DNA of 64,000 nucleotides from Nitrospirales bacterium (GTDB taxonomy: Bacteria; Nitrospirota; Nitrospiria; Nitrospirales; UBA8639). Shown piece after piece: positions 1-12,650 of this stretch. The DNA lies in the NCBI GenBank assembly GCA_965203295.1, contig CBDBCZ010000014.1, positions 320,001-384,000 of the forward strand. The letters run 5' to 3'. The notes under the pieces were generated by a model. It was not told the origin of the DNA. It did no database searches and was given only the letters and a program-made list of their open reading frames with translations. Each line of letters starts with the position of its first letter. Within the stretch, counting starts at the first letter, position 1. The translations under genes and the position numbers were made by a program.

Positions 1-1
1 C

Positions 2-783
2 ACACTACCAGATTGTGATGTATGTTGGTTTGGGCTCGGCCAGGTGAGGGGAAAACTTGTCACAGTCGGTGGCATGAAGAGATATGGTGGCAATGTCACC
101 AATGAATTGTATGAGTTTGATGAAGTGACTCACGGTTGGAAGCAGTCAATTCCACCCATGCTGATAGCACGTGACTCACCAGCTGTTCTAAGCCACCACT
201 ACACCCTGACTGTTGCCGGGGGTAGCACTGGTACTTTTCTCTCAAAACGCATATCAGTCCCAGTGTTGAAGTTTTCAGAGAAGACACCTCCCAGTGGCAC
301 ATGACTGAGCCCCTCCCATTCCGCTGGCGTGATCCCTCCTCACTACTCATCAACAACAGGTGGTACCTCCTGGGTGGAGCAGCTGAGGGAGAGGTCTATT
401 CCAACCGAGCAGTGTGTGCCCACGTCGACATACTTCTTCAGAAGGCCCTCCCTCGTGACCAAGCATCCACTGACAGTGACAGTACCAACAACTCAGCATG
501 GGAGGTTCTCCCCAACACCCCACACTATGCACCAGCCGCAGCCACCTTTGGTTCCTCTCTCCTGGCAGTGGGGGGACCCACTACTGACCATTCATTAAAC
601 CCACAATCTGCAGTCCATGTCTACTCTCCCTGCACCAATGCATGGATCCACATCAGTGATCTACCAGCCCCTCGATTATGGACTGCTACTGCAATACTGT
701 CGCCAACAGAACTCCTAGTTATTGGTGGCTGGAACAATTCACATCAGGAATCAGTATATAAAGGGCTCCGCCGGAGTCAGTGA
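2..783 (+). pseudogene. Kelch-repeat protein, C-terminal part, with one frameshift near 240-260
   Basis: Kelch GG/W blades (LVTVGG..YEFD..GWKQSIPPM; WYLLGG; LLAVGG..VYSPCTNAWIHISDLP; LLVIGG). Frame +2 continues in frame +1 (PSVEVFREDTSQWHMTEPLP). Frameshift may be an assembly error. Confidence 0.85.
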
Positions 784-1233
784 TTGATATATCATACACT
801 GTAGTTGATACTGCATCATTCTATTCTTGTGGTTTTTGTATCATTAATTAATCATCACATGTATGGCCTTCTTTTATTTGTTTCCTAATTCACCATATCA
901 TAAAGCTGCACCCTGCAAGCTTCTGTAAAATCATTTTTTTAGCATTTTTGTTACAATTATATTATGTTTGGCCACATAATTAATCATTATGTAGTAATGT
1001 ACTTTGTAATTATGTTTCACCACATAATTAATATACTTTGTACCACCAAACAACACTTTATTATAAACAAGTCTGACATTTCATGTCTAAAAAACCAGCC
1101 GGACGCATTTCCCGTACAATACACACAACTCAGCTTACAGCCATATTCCTAGAGCGGTGATTAGTCTAATGGCTGGTGTTATACATTGACAGTATAGGTA
1201 CAGAGGTAGGTATATATACACTCCCAAGTGTAC

Positions 1234-1792
1234 ATGTAATAGTTGTACCATGGGTTTCTAGGGTGTATGGGATTTGTACTCTGAGGGCAGTTATATGTAT
1301 TCCCGAGGGCGCAGCCCGAGGGAATACATAAAACTGCACGAAGAGTACAAACCCATACACCCTAGAAACCCATGGTACAGGTGACTTGTACCATAATACA
1401 ATTACAAACGCTGTTAGTTATGACAAGCGCTAATGGAGAAGCATTAGTTGCCTGTAACCGCAAATATATTTGTACCATAATGCACCTCTACATGAAAGGC
1501 ACCGCCCAGGGTATATCAGCCATACACCCTAGCGGCTCGTTTGAACTGTCAATATACCCTAGGGTATATGGTTGCCAGGCAACTAATGCTTCTCCATTAG
1601 CGCTTGTCATAACAGCGTTTGTAATTGTATTATGGTACAAGTCAGCTGTACCATGGGTTTCTAGGGTGTATGGGTTTGTACTCTTCGTGCAGTTATATGT
1701 ATTCCCTCGGGCTGCGCCCTCGGGAATACATATAACTGCCCTCAGAGTACAAATCCCATACACCCTAGAAACCCATGGTACAACTATTACAT
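1234..1792. mobile_element. Non-autonomous foldback element: ~220-bp inverted arms, each itself a hairpin
   Basis: 1234-1454 is the reverse complement of 1576-1792 apart from a 4-bp indel and a few mismatches. Each arm is palindromic around cccgagggcgcagcccgaggg. Confidence 0.85.
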
Positions 1793-2286
1793 ATATATAT
1801 ATATAGATCTATATGAGGGGATAAAATGAGAAGAAGAAAAAAGTTCACAAAACAGCACTTAATCAGATACAGGCCCTATGTAATAGTAATATAGTGTATT
1901 GAATGTATATACATACGCGCATGCGGTTACAGCATAGTAACAGTAGCTACTCAGTTTGTGGGAGTGTGTTTGTGTGTCTGTTACCTTGCTAACAGCTACG
2001 CCGTTAACGTACGGGTACAAAGTAAGATAGCAAATGCGGTGCTGAAGGTTTCTGATTCATGGATTTCGCTAAAAATACTTGGTTCAAAAGTTACGGCGTT
2101 ATTTGCTCACCACAACGAACTTTGACGGTTTCGACAGCGAGTAGATACATCATCAGATTTTTTAATGACTACTGAAGACTACGGTAGGTTAGCTGCTGTT
2201 TCTAACGCCGTCGGTTCGAAACTACACTGGCTAGCTATCTAGCTCTGTGGGCGTGTCAGACACGCCTCTCATGCGTGACGTATGAC

Positions 2287-2329
2287 CATAGATAATATAG
2301 ACTCCGTTACGGAGTCTATATTATCTATG
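2287..2329. mobile_element. 43-bp micro-MITE with CATAG...CTATG ends (P-superfamily-like)
   Basis: Perfect 20-bp inverted arms catagataatatagactccg, flanked by a 7-bp direct repeat gtatgac (2280-2286, 2330-2336). Confidence 0.8.
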
Positions 2330-3417
2330 GTATGACTGGACTTGGAACATACATGAAAGACAATACATACTATGCTATTGATATAAAAAAGAAGATACTG
2401 TGGGATACAAAAACAAAATTAATAACAGAAACTATCATGTGAAACAAAAGATTACTGTATTTGCAACATTTTCTCTTGCTTATACTCATTCTAGATGCCG
2501 AAGGTAGCATAATTATTTAGTATTTCGCAATAATGCCGCCGAGGGTTATGCACTTATGTGCTTTCATTACTGTAGTGTAGAGTCAAGCCTGAGGCTAGCT
2601 ATATAGCTGTGCATGGCACTAGGACTTGATGGTCATGGGTGTGCCGTGCCATACTGCTCCTAAGCCACTTGTGACACTGTCTCCTCCATGGTAGGGTGGA
2701 CCTGGCAGGCAGGAGGCACGTACAACAGCTGCTGAATAAAGCCTGGAAACAGCTGCTGCAGGGTATGTACACATACTTACAGTATTTGAGAAGCATTGCA
2801 ATGTTTAATAAAGAGCACAAAACCAGTGGTACAGGAAATTGAGGAAATTGTATACAAATCCTGCACACTCATTGCAGTTCAGAACAGAGTAATACTTCTC
2901 AAAGTGGACACCTACATGCAGATTTGTGACCACTCTGCCTTAATTAATTAATTATACAGTCCACTTAAAGTAGCAACAGCTTGAATGTGGCACGTTGCTA
3001 TATGCTGCTCAAATATTGTAAGCACAAAATATGATACCAGCTGTGTTTCCCAGGCTCTATAGTCATATGAGAACCGGTGCATGGTACACTTGAGAGAGAC
3101 ACACAATATTCCATACCACAACCTTACCTGAAGCACCTTCTCAAAGTCAGACTGGATGAGGGTGAACACGTCCACATGAGTGACTGCCCTCACGGAGGAC
3201 TCCATGGGCGTGCTGTAGATGAGGCTCTTCTGGCCAAAGTAGCCACCCTCCTGCAGTACCTCGGCCACCAGCTGAGGGGCATTTTCATCCAGTACTTCCA
3301 CCTGTTGAGAGGAAAGATGCTAGCTATGTTGTGGTCATGGCAATGGTATGTAGTCAATAACAGGTAGCACAATTTTTGAAACAGAACTATTTCTTTTATA
3401 CAGGGGATACGTATATA

Positions 3418-3593
3418 ATATAGCATGGTTAGTAGGTGTATATGCGATATATACCTAGCATCGAGGTCAGAGGAAGTTTACGTCATATAGCCCGAGGCGC
3501 GAAGCGCCGAGGGCTATATGACGTAAACTTCCGATGACTGAGATGTGTGGTCGTATATACTCGCATATACACCGTATACTAACCATGCTATAT
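3418..3593. repeat. Imperfect ~175-bp palindrome related to the 1234-1792 family
   Basis: atatagcatggttagta...tactaaccatgctatat with centre cccgaggcgcgaagcgccgaggg. Confidence 0.8.
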
Positions 3594-4078
3594 CGTATAT
3601 ATGCTATAGATGTGTGGGTGGACGGTTAGTGCGCATGCGCATATACTACTGCGTGCCAGTTCGAAAGAGAAGTAGGCAAGGATCGAGCTAGATCAAGATG
3701 GCGCGCTGTGGTATTATACATGCATGTCTGCTGCTTCTGATTGTACATCCTCTTTGAATCAACTCATTTCCTGTTAAATAAGTGTCTGAAATATACACTG
3801 GTGTATATTTAGGCTGGGTTTATACGTGATATATACACCTAGCGGTGACTTTGATCCACCCACGCACTATAGTATATACTATACGTAGCTGTGGATAAAC
3901 AATCTGGAATATGCAGAAGGGGCTTGATATGAACTCGAAGTATGTGCGGTTCTTGTATGCTTGGAGAGAGTACACATTTTATTTGTAAGTAGGCACAAAA
4001 CTAAAGGGATGGGATGAGTACATAATTAGAGGGTATGAGTGTCAAATGTAGGTTGGAGTGGATCCGTACTCAGGGATA

Positions 4079-4679
4079 CCGTAGGCGCCGGTTTTTAAGC
4101 ACCCTCACTTTTAAGCACCTATACACTTTTAAGCACCCATCCCGCTCTTGATTTTTCGGGCAGCAATAAGCACCTATTCTAATTATACGCTATCAAGAGT
4201 GAAAATTTTTCGTTGAACTATCTACCGGTAGCTAGCTAAAGTCGCGCCCGACGGATCACTTTCGAGTTGTGCCTTCTAGTTCGACCAATCAAAGTGTTTG
4301 GATAACGAAGCAATGAGATTGCTCGGTCTGCTGGAACAGCTGGAATAAAATGGTGAGAAGTAGAGCTGTTATGTCAGGGCCAGGGCCTTGTACACATGAT
4401 GCCCTCGGATGACATCGCGATGGATGTAAATTGCCGTTTCCTCGGGAGAAGTCATCTTTCTTATTGAAAGGCAGAACTGCTTGAAAAGCAAGGAACGATT
4501 GCTTCTTTATAAGCGTAGCGGATCGATCAATAGCTGTCTAAATTTGCGCCCGTGCACATGGCAAATAATTGTGGGCGTGGCCTAAAACAGCTCGTTTTTA
4601 GGCACCTTCCGCTTTTTAAGCACCCATTTTGTTGCTATTGTCCCGATAAGCACCGGTGCTTAAAAACCGGCGCCTACGG
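4079..4679. mobile_element. 601-bp Tc1/pogo-type MITE
   Basis: 25-bp TIR ccgtaggcgccggtttttaagcacc at both ends, TA on both flanks, subterminal taagcacc repeats. Confidence 0.92.
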
Positions 4680-5154
4680 TAGGCTGATGAGTACTCATAC
4701 TCAGGGCTGGGTAGGAGTGGGGTAAGTGAACTCACTGTGCCATGGAAGAGGAAGAACATGCCACGTCTCCCTTGTGTACGATGTGCTCCCCGGCAGGAAG
4801 AGGCAGGGCTGCACCATCAGGGTCAGGTGACGCAGGAACGCCGAGTCAGCAGAGGCAATTGAAGATTGGGACTTGCAAGCCAAGGAGATGGCAGTGCATG
4901 AAGGCTGAGGTGACTCAAGCTCCACCTGCATTATGTGGGTGTGTGGTCAATGGCGTAAGCGCTACGGCAGCAACATTAGTACACTTCTTCACTATTCATT
5001 ATCCATGCTGCATATTCTCCACAAAATAAAGAATCACCCTCTAATAATGTTACAGTATAAAAGGAAAGTTTCGCATGGTACAAAACATTTTGCTTTTTGC
5101 AATATTTGTTCTAACGGTATTTTGGCAAGAAACTGCACTTACTAGAATCCCAAT

Positions 5155-5592
5155 AATTGGGCGAGCGTGAGCGAGCCCCACACTAGTGTGTTCAATTGCA
5201 AGTTTGTCTGTGCGTACGGTGAACGTACGCACATACCGCATATCGTTTCGCGTTTCAATATAACGTTTCAAATAGTTTCCGTAATATTCCAAATTGTTCA
5301 CGTGGCCACGGTGGCTGCAGTGCAGCTAGCTTAGGGATGCTCTCACAGAGTAGACGGCAGCGGCAAAGGCTACAGCGTTGCCGTATATATCCCCAGGTTG
5401 GCGATAAGTCACATTGGAACAGCAGAGAGCGAGTTCTAGAGCCAGAAGAGTTGTCATTTCTCCAGGCCACCGACAGTGACACTGAGACGAGAGAAGGAGC
5501 CAAAAGAGCTGCTGAGGGCGCGTCGCCGCTAACGTACGCATGGGCTAATACCTCGCTCACGCTCGCCCCACAATGCTTTGCATTCACCTAGT
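5155..5592 (+). mobile_element. Non-autonomous Helitron2/Helentron-like element
   Basis: Subterminal inverted repeat gggcgagcgtgagcgag / ctcgctcacgctcgccc, short 3' hairpin aatgc-ttt-gcatt and terminal CTAGT. Related 5' end at about 11301. Confidence 0.6.
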
Positions 5593-5690
5593 ATCCTTGA
5601 AAACCTATCACTACAGAAGACAGAGCTTCTGTTAGCACCACACCAGAAGAGAGAAGTGAATATCATCACCCACTTTCTTGAACAGGACCT

Positions 5691-5821
<131 letters not shown>

Positions 5822-6684
5822 CAACTTATCACTGAGAGTATACTGTTTGCATCGCGGAATATCACCACCCACTTCTTTGAGCAGGGCCTCAGTGGTGGCC
5901 AGAGAGACCTCGGCCTGCATGCAGTAGGGCATGTCCCCCAGTAGGTTCCTACGGTCAGTGCTCTTGTTCCACACCCAGATGTAGTCTAAGAAGTCCAGAA
6001 CACACTGCTGCATGCAAGATGGGAGGTGCTGTCCCCGTATATAGTCCTGGAGGGTGAAGGGGGAGGGGTGGAAGGAGAGAGAGAAAGAGAACACTCATTA
6101 AGAGTGGGCTCATATTCAGAGATGGGTGAGTAGGCAAATGAATAAACATGCATGCCTATAGACCTGTGCTAATTACCTGGAAACCATACTGTTACCGTCC
6201 ACAGAGTCAGTTACTTCGTTAATTCTCATTTATGCTAGTTGCGTTCGATATAATTATGATGAATACAGAATCTGACTCGGCCATTACAAGCTAGTGTACC
6301 TAGTAGCTGTACATGCTATCACCACACCCTGAGCTTCTCCTCGAAGAGTACTCTCTGGGTGTCCAGCATGGAGGCGATGCTCCCCAGGATGAAGCCGAAC
6401 AGGAGTTTCCCGAACACCATCACAAGGATCACATACAGCATCTCCTGATTTGAATAAATGTATGCATGAATAATGACTAAAGTGCCATAGATCCAAGTTT
6501 TTTTCTGCATAGATTTTGTTTATGTGAAGTATATGAGACACAGGAGCTCGAATTTATCATAGTATACATGTGGCCTCATTTTTTGGTGGTAACGAAAATG
6601 TTGTATCACTACTCTGTTGCATAGCTGGTTGGGTCAAACCTCTTGACCCAAAGTGATTACCACATGATTACATAGACACCACTA

Positions 6685-6773
6685 ATGTAGACAAATAGCA
6701 TTTCCTGTTGCTATGTAGACAAATAGCATTTCCTGTTGCTATGTAGACAAATAGCATTTCCTGTTGCTATGTA
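6685..6773. repeat. 28-bp tandem repeat x3
   Basis: atgtagacaaatagcatttcctgttgct three times. Confidence 0.95.
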
Positions 6774-8206
6774 TTCGGGCGCAAGCCCTGACATTTTGTT
6801 GAAACTGAAGTGGCATGTTGCTGTCAAGTTACATATCAAAACATAGTCAAACATACCCCCCTAGTGGTATCACTGCATGGGAGTACGGGAATGAGACTGA
6901 CCTGCACATTAGTGGCAGACAGGTCCCCATACCCGGTACTGGTGAGGGTGGCCACAGCCCAGTAGAGGCTGCTACAGTAGTGGTCGGTGTCGGAGACTGT
7001 GGTGTTGATGAGGAAAGCAGTATAGTTTTTGGTCTTAATTTGAAACTCAAGTACAGTTGACGGCAACTCAGTTGTTAATTGGCTTGTAGTATGTACGTGC
7101 ACGTACATATTCAAAATACTTAGCATTATAGACAGGCCAGCCTGATTGTAGCACGTGGCATGACAGGCCTTGCTAACATTTTTACCTTAATAAGCGACAC
7201 TTTAATTTAAACATGCCCACCTCTGGTTTAGTCGTTTCTCCTCCCTTGAGAAGAACCCCTGGATCTGTGCCGCCCTCAGGACGTGTACAGCACCACTGCC
7301 GTGCGGATGTCGGGCTTGGGGATGGTGAGGGCGATGAGCTCGTAGAGGAACACGGCTGCCAAGTCCAGGGAGAAGCCCATGGGATCCTTAAGGTAGGGAG
7401 GGCAACACTCTTGAAGTTGTTGACTGTCCGGCCCTAGGCGTCCTCACAGGAGAGGTGGAATTTGATGAGGATCTGGTTGAGGAGGTAGGGAGAGGGCAGA
7501 AGGGTGGAGGATTGGAAAAATGAATGGAGTAGAAGGATGGAAAAATGAAGGTAGGGAGAAGGCAAAAAGATGGTGGAATGGAGAAGAAGAATACCATACA
7601 GACAGCCAGATGATTAGAGCAATGGAAGTGATCTAGTCAGATAAAACTAAGTCTCCCTTCCTGAGCAACGGAGGTGAGGCACTGCAGCTGTGTAGTGTAT
7701 ACTTTTCACTTCAGCAGTGAAGTAGAGTGCAAAGAGGTAGTTGATGGCCCAGAGCCAGGGGGCGTTGTTTTGGAAGGCAGGTAGCTGATGGAGAAGGCAC
7801 TGAAGTAGGCCATCAGGCAACCCAGGAGGTGGATGACAGTGGCCATCGTTCCATCCTGGGAGGGAGGGAGGGAGGGAGAGAAATGGAGTTTCACTAGTCC
7901 TACTTCCATCCCATATGAAAAAGGAGTAGTACTTATGAGTGGCACTAGCACACCAGATTCACAGCACACGTACCACTGGTGTGCTATGAAGAGAAGTGTG
8001 CATGGCACACTATCATTGTAAACTAATGCACGCCACTTGTATTATTCAAGTGGTCATAGCACACTGAGAGTGCACAGCACACCGATTATGACGTTCGTAA
8101 TATCTATCAATTGCTTGCTGTCAACCCAACGGTATAAAGCCACCACGATGCGAGAATGAAGTAGCTACTGTGAGAATGGCTTCCTTGGTGACTACTGAGT
8201 TGCAGT

Positions 8207-8549
8207 ATGTTGTTCGAGGATATCATGAATACCTGTATATCTGGACTCCAGAGGGGACTCCAGAAGTTCGGTGAGGTACTCACTACAGTGGTGGAAATGG
8301 AGAACAAACATGACAGTTACGCTGTTGCAGTTGTCGCTCATGAGCTTGGGACTGTGGGGCGTGTTCCCAGAAAGATTTCAAGGCTCTGCCACTCCTGGTC
8401 GCTTTCAAGATTCTAAAAACCTCTATTTAAAATGCGCCCCCTAAAAATAATTGCTGGGGACAGGGGGCGCCTTATTTAGAGCAAGAAAAATTGTTTCTCT
8501 TCGAAAAGGCGCCTGTATTAGAGAGATGCCTTAATTAGAACGAATACGG
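8207..8549 (+). mobile_element. HIRAN-like domain remnant next to a pogo-type right end
   Basis: ENKHDSYAVAVV...VGRVPRKISRLC matches the HIRAN N-x-x-D-x-x-A-V...GxVP pattern. Ends ...gaatacgg|ta like the 4079 MITE. Confidence 0.6.
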
Positions 8550-11300
8550 TAGTTTGATAGTGATTTGTTGAAGAACACAGTGAGTTTCCATGTGGCTATA
8601 GTATCATCTTGTTTTAATGCCGTTATGACATCACATTTTTTTCAAATCTTGGGGGAGGGGGGAAAACTCCTGCTGGGGGGGATGGGGATCCCAGTGCACA
8701 CACCCCCTCCCCCCCTCAGTATGAAAGAGCTCTGAAGTGGATTTTTGCCTAAAATGGAATATATGTTCACTCTTGTTGCTGTAGTACTGAAGCCAGATTT
8801 AGTTTCTGTGATGCTAAATCACTTATAATATTGCAGGGTACACTACCATCCACATCTGTAGCTGCTGATTTAACAATCACGAAGGATAAAGTTCAGACAT
8901 TGGAGGTAAACTTTATTTTGTGCCTCATACTGGCCAGTTGCATTCCTGTAGACTATACAATCCACTTGCCCTTTGTGTCCATACCTTTTACTTATGCCTT
9001 ACACTTTTTATGCTGGACTTTATATAGGAATCTCAGCATAGACTTAATTGGACCATGTACCTCCAGCTCTGTAGACTATATATGCATATGTAATTATGAT
9101 GTCATGGTGATTCAGGGGGGTCAGGGCCAAAAGGGGGTTTGTGTTGGCAACAAACTATGGCCCTGTGGCTATGTACTATGTACCTAACTGGTATGACTTC
9201 AAGGTCTTCTCACATATGCTCATGCAACTGCACTTCATTAGCAGACGTCACATCAGTTCTATTCACATCCACCGATTCCTAACCCTGAATCATCGGATAT
9301 GGTGGCCCTCTGATTTTTCCTTGTGTAAAAGTAGTCTCGTGCCCAGACACCCACGCCCTCTCAGCGAAAGAGTGTCTGGTAGCTTGATGTAAAAATTTTG
9401 TCACAGAGTCATGTCATGCATATGCAAGACCTTTAGCAATTGTTTGCAACGACATTCCCTGAATCCTGAAGCTTCAGCTGACAATAAGGGAGTTGTTGAC
9501 TGTTTGGTCTCACTGGTCAACCCGAATCTTCAACCCGAATCTTCAACCAGCCACTCCGAAGGCAAATGGTATAGTGAAATACAAGGAGGAGAGCCACGAT
9601 TTTGCCTTGGTAGTATCACTAAAACATTCTTTCCTTGTGCAAACTCATTAACCGCCTGAGCTTGTTGGTGATTAGTTCAGTCATGTTAGGTTTAATTCCG
9701 CACTGGCGATTTGATTCATGCTTTGAAATTCCAGATCACTAAGGTGTTGGAAACAAATATTATACTCCATGGGAGGGCATGGGAGTCTGGGTGCCAAAGG
9801 TGAAGAAGGACTGCAAGACACTCTTGTGGCCAGTAGATGGGCAGCCCCTTATCAGCAATTTATTACAACTACAATTTATCAGCAACTAGCACCTAGGTTT
9901 CCCAGGTCACACACTGGACAGCAGTTGATTAGGGAAGTAGTATTGTCTTCTTCATTCCCAGATTCCATGCACTTCCCAGCTGCAGCCAGCTGGTCTGGGA
10001 ATGGCAGCTCTAGAACATGTGCATTGCAGTGCCAGCTGTTTGTGCCTCATGTGTTCAGCAGCTGCTAGCTACGTATTTGCTCATTCTCTGCTGGTGTGGT
10101 TCTCATGGAATACGTTCCTTGTTGTCTCTCCCCTAGTTCACGGTGATGGGGTGTATGTGGGTGTCTCCAGCAGAGGCGAGTTTGGAACTGGGCCCGTGTC
10201 TGTCTGTAATCTAGCTGTACTGCACGGCAATTTTGTCTGCTGCTTGCATGTATAAGGAACTTTCACGACGACTAACAGCAACACACAGAGCATATTTGGA
10301 TGATTGCCTGAAAGATTGACGTGTGCATTCAGTTTTCAAGTTTACTTTAGTGTCACTGACTGAGCTATAAAATTTTGTGCTAAACTCCACCCACTCAGGA
10401 AATATGCACAGACTGTACCTATAATATAGGCCAGACTTTTTGGTAATTGCTTTGCAGTGTAAGAATGGCAACTGAAAAGTAGTGCACCTGAGTGTCATAA
10501 TAACTGCAGTGATAACAGCAAGTTAACTTTCAGTTTCTTGCAGGTTTTGCACATGCATGTGCATGTGCATCTGGACAGGTATAGGCTAGCCTCATTCCTA
10601 GGCTCTCACGGAGGCAGGGCAGATGCTACTGGTAGTTGCAAAAAGTCTGTGGATCATGAATATTGTTTCGTTTCCATTTCCGTTTCCATCTCCATCGTTC
10701 CTGGTTTACCACTGCGCCCCATAGCATGTATGTGAAATTCAGTGGTGGTTTTCAGAGGGGGGGGGGGCACTCCCAAAGGTGCAACTGAGACGACGGGTCA
10801 AAGCTTTGACCAGCGGTTTGACCGTTGACCACACTGATTTTCAGCCTTTGACCACTCTGCAATTTTTGCCATCGATTGCACGAGGAACTTTACCAAAAGC
10901 TTGCGACTCGATCAGAGTCTACTGAAAAGCGCTTGAGTAATAAACTGCAGACTGTTGTGCTTACATACAAGTCCATCCCATTCCGCACTGCGACCTGCGT
11001 TGTCAGCGTTGACCGATTTTCTGAGCACGCTGTGACCGTTGACCACACCCTTTTGAGCGGCTTAGACCGTTGACAATTGACCGACAGCAGTCACAGTTGT
11101 GACTACCAAGTGTATGGGAGTGACCCCCCCCCCCCTTCCCCTTGGTTGTTGATAGCAGCATGGATTGAAATGGGTTTGGAAACGGAAGTAGCTATCTGTG
11201 TTATGGTTAGTTTGCTTCGTTTGTATACCTCTACCACCTGTACAAGTATAAAATCTGCACTTTATTGACAGTCCAAGCAATGCTTACAGGATCTGACAGT

Positions 11301-11480
11301 ATTATTGGGGCGAGCCTGAGCGAGCCCCACACTAGCGAGTTGGCTCTGCATTTCTGTCTGTCCGTATTATGGTACGTACGTTGTGCCAAAACTATGCACA
11401 GTGTTCTATATTTGCGGCCTTGCTAATTTAACCACCTATGTATCAGACAGGAGAGGGACGCCGCGCTTCCGAGACAGCAG
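11301..11480 (+). mobile_element. 5' end of a second Helentron-like copy
   Basis: attattggggcgagcctgagcgagccccacactag is nearly identical to 5155-5186, followed by tctgtctgtccg. Confidence 0.55.
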
Positions 11481-11988
11481 AACAATGGGAAGTATACCAA
11501 AATAGTTTCCTAGCTAAATGACAGTTCAGTAGCTATGTGCTTGTCATAGACTACCCCATGAGCAGTAGGCGTGTCGTCAATCTGCCCCAGGATACTGCCT
11601 GCTTTGTAGATTGCCATGACTGTGTCCAGTGAGCTCAGTGTCATGGTTATGTGACTTACATGTGAAAATTCCAACATGCTTAGTGCTTGCTGGCTAACTT
11701 CACTCCAATGCTTCCTAGTCTGCTAGCTGAGGGTGTATGATTGCCAAGCAACCATGCTCAATAATTGGACCTAGCTATCTAGGCCCAGTGCACTAGGCAC
11801 TTACATGTAAAACCCGGTTCAGGATCCAGCTAAACCAGCTTGGTGTAAACAGGTTGAATGGGTTTGGAAACCTGCTTACTTAATCCACCTCAGGATGTTG
11901 TTTGAATCCTGTTTGAAACTGAATGCGGATTACCAGCTGCTGTTTGTACAGAGGTTTGCAGGTGGGTTGTCCACTGCTGAGGGCGAAT

Positions 11989-12286
11989 TAGTCTCGTGCC
12001 CAGCCCCACGTTAGGAAGGTGGGTCTGGCTCCCCGCAGATTCAAAGTTGGGGCAGCATTACGTCAGCGGTCCCAGATCTGGACCGGCGATGTGATTGGTT
12101 GATTATAGTATTACATCACTAAACGGTGTGAATATCCGGATATTACAACCGTTTAGTGATGTAATACTATAGTCGACCAATCACATCGCCGGTCCAGATC
12201 TGGGACCGCTGACGTAATGCTGCCCCAACTTTGAATATGCGGGGAGCCAGACCCACCTTCCTAACGTGGGGCTGGGCACGAGACTA
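11989..12286. mobile_element. 298-bp fully palindromic Academ(H)-type MITE
   Basis: TAGTCTCG...CGAGACTA ends, near-perfect foldback over the whole length, 9-bp TSD agggcgaat. Confidence 0.92.
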
Positions 12287-12495
12287 AGGGCGAATAGGCA
12301 GTGGTTCTCAAGCACATAATTAGGTTAGGCTGTCAGAATCAAAGGCCAACAGTTTACACTGTTAAATAGTCCACTCCCATTTGCCTACTGCACTGGACAA
12401 TCAACCTGTATAGTACTAAACACAGTAATGCGTTTACACACTAATTGGCTTCCCAGTAGGCATGTGGACATATTAATCTGGATACAAACCAGTAA

Positions 12496-12650
12496 ACCGG
12501 TTTTACTACGTGTGCAAACGGGAGGGGGGGGGGGGAACCGGTTTTACTACGTGTGCAAACGGGAGGGGGGGGGAACCGGTTTTACTACGTGTGCAAACAG
12601 GAGGGGGGGGGGAACCGGTTTTACTACGTGTGCAAACGGGGGGGGGGGGG
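12496..12650. repeat. ~38-bp minisatellite x4 with variable G-runs
   Basis: aaccggttttactacgtgtgcaaac followed by g-runs, four times. Confidence 0.9.

Noticed and set aside
1166..1806. Mirror-image ORFs on both strands
   Set aside because: They arise from the foldback repeat and show no protein-like motifs.
4683..4720. Hammerhead ribozyme from ctgatgag (also at about 14690 and 44150)
   Set aside because: No stem II followed by GAAA, and no compatible stems I/III seen.
12496..12650. Repeat-spacer-like array and overlapping G/P-rich ORFs
   Set aside because: The apparent spacers are only G-runs. The ORFs are translations of a minisatellite.
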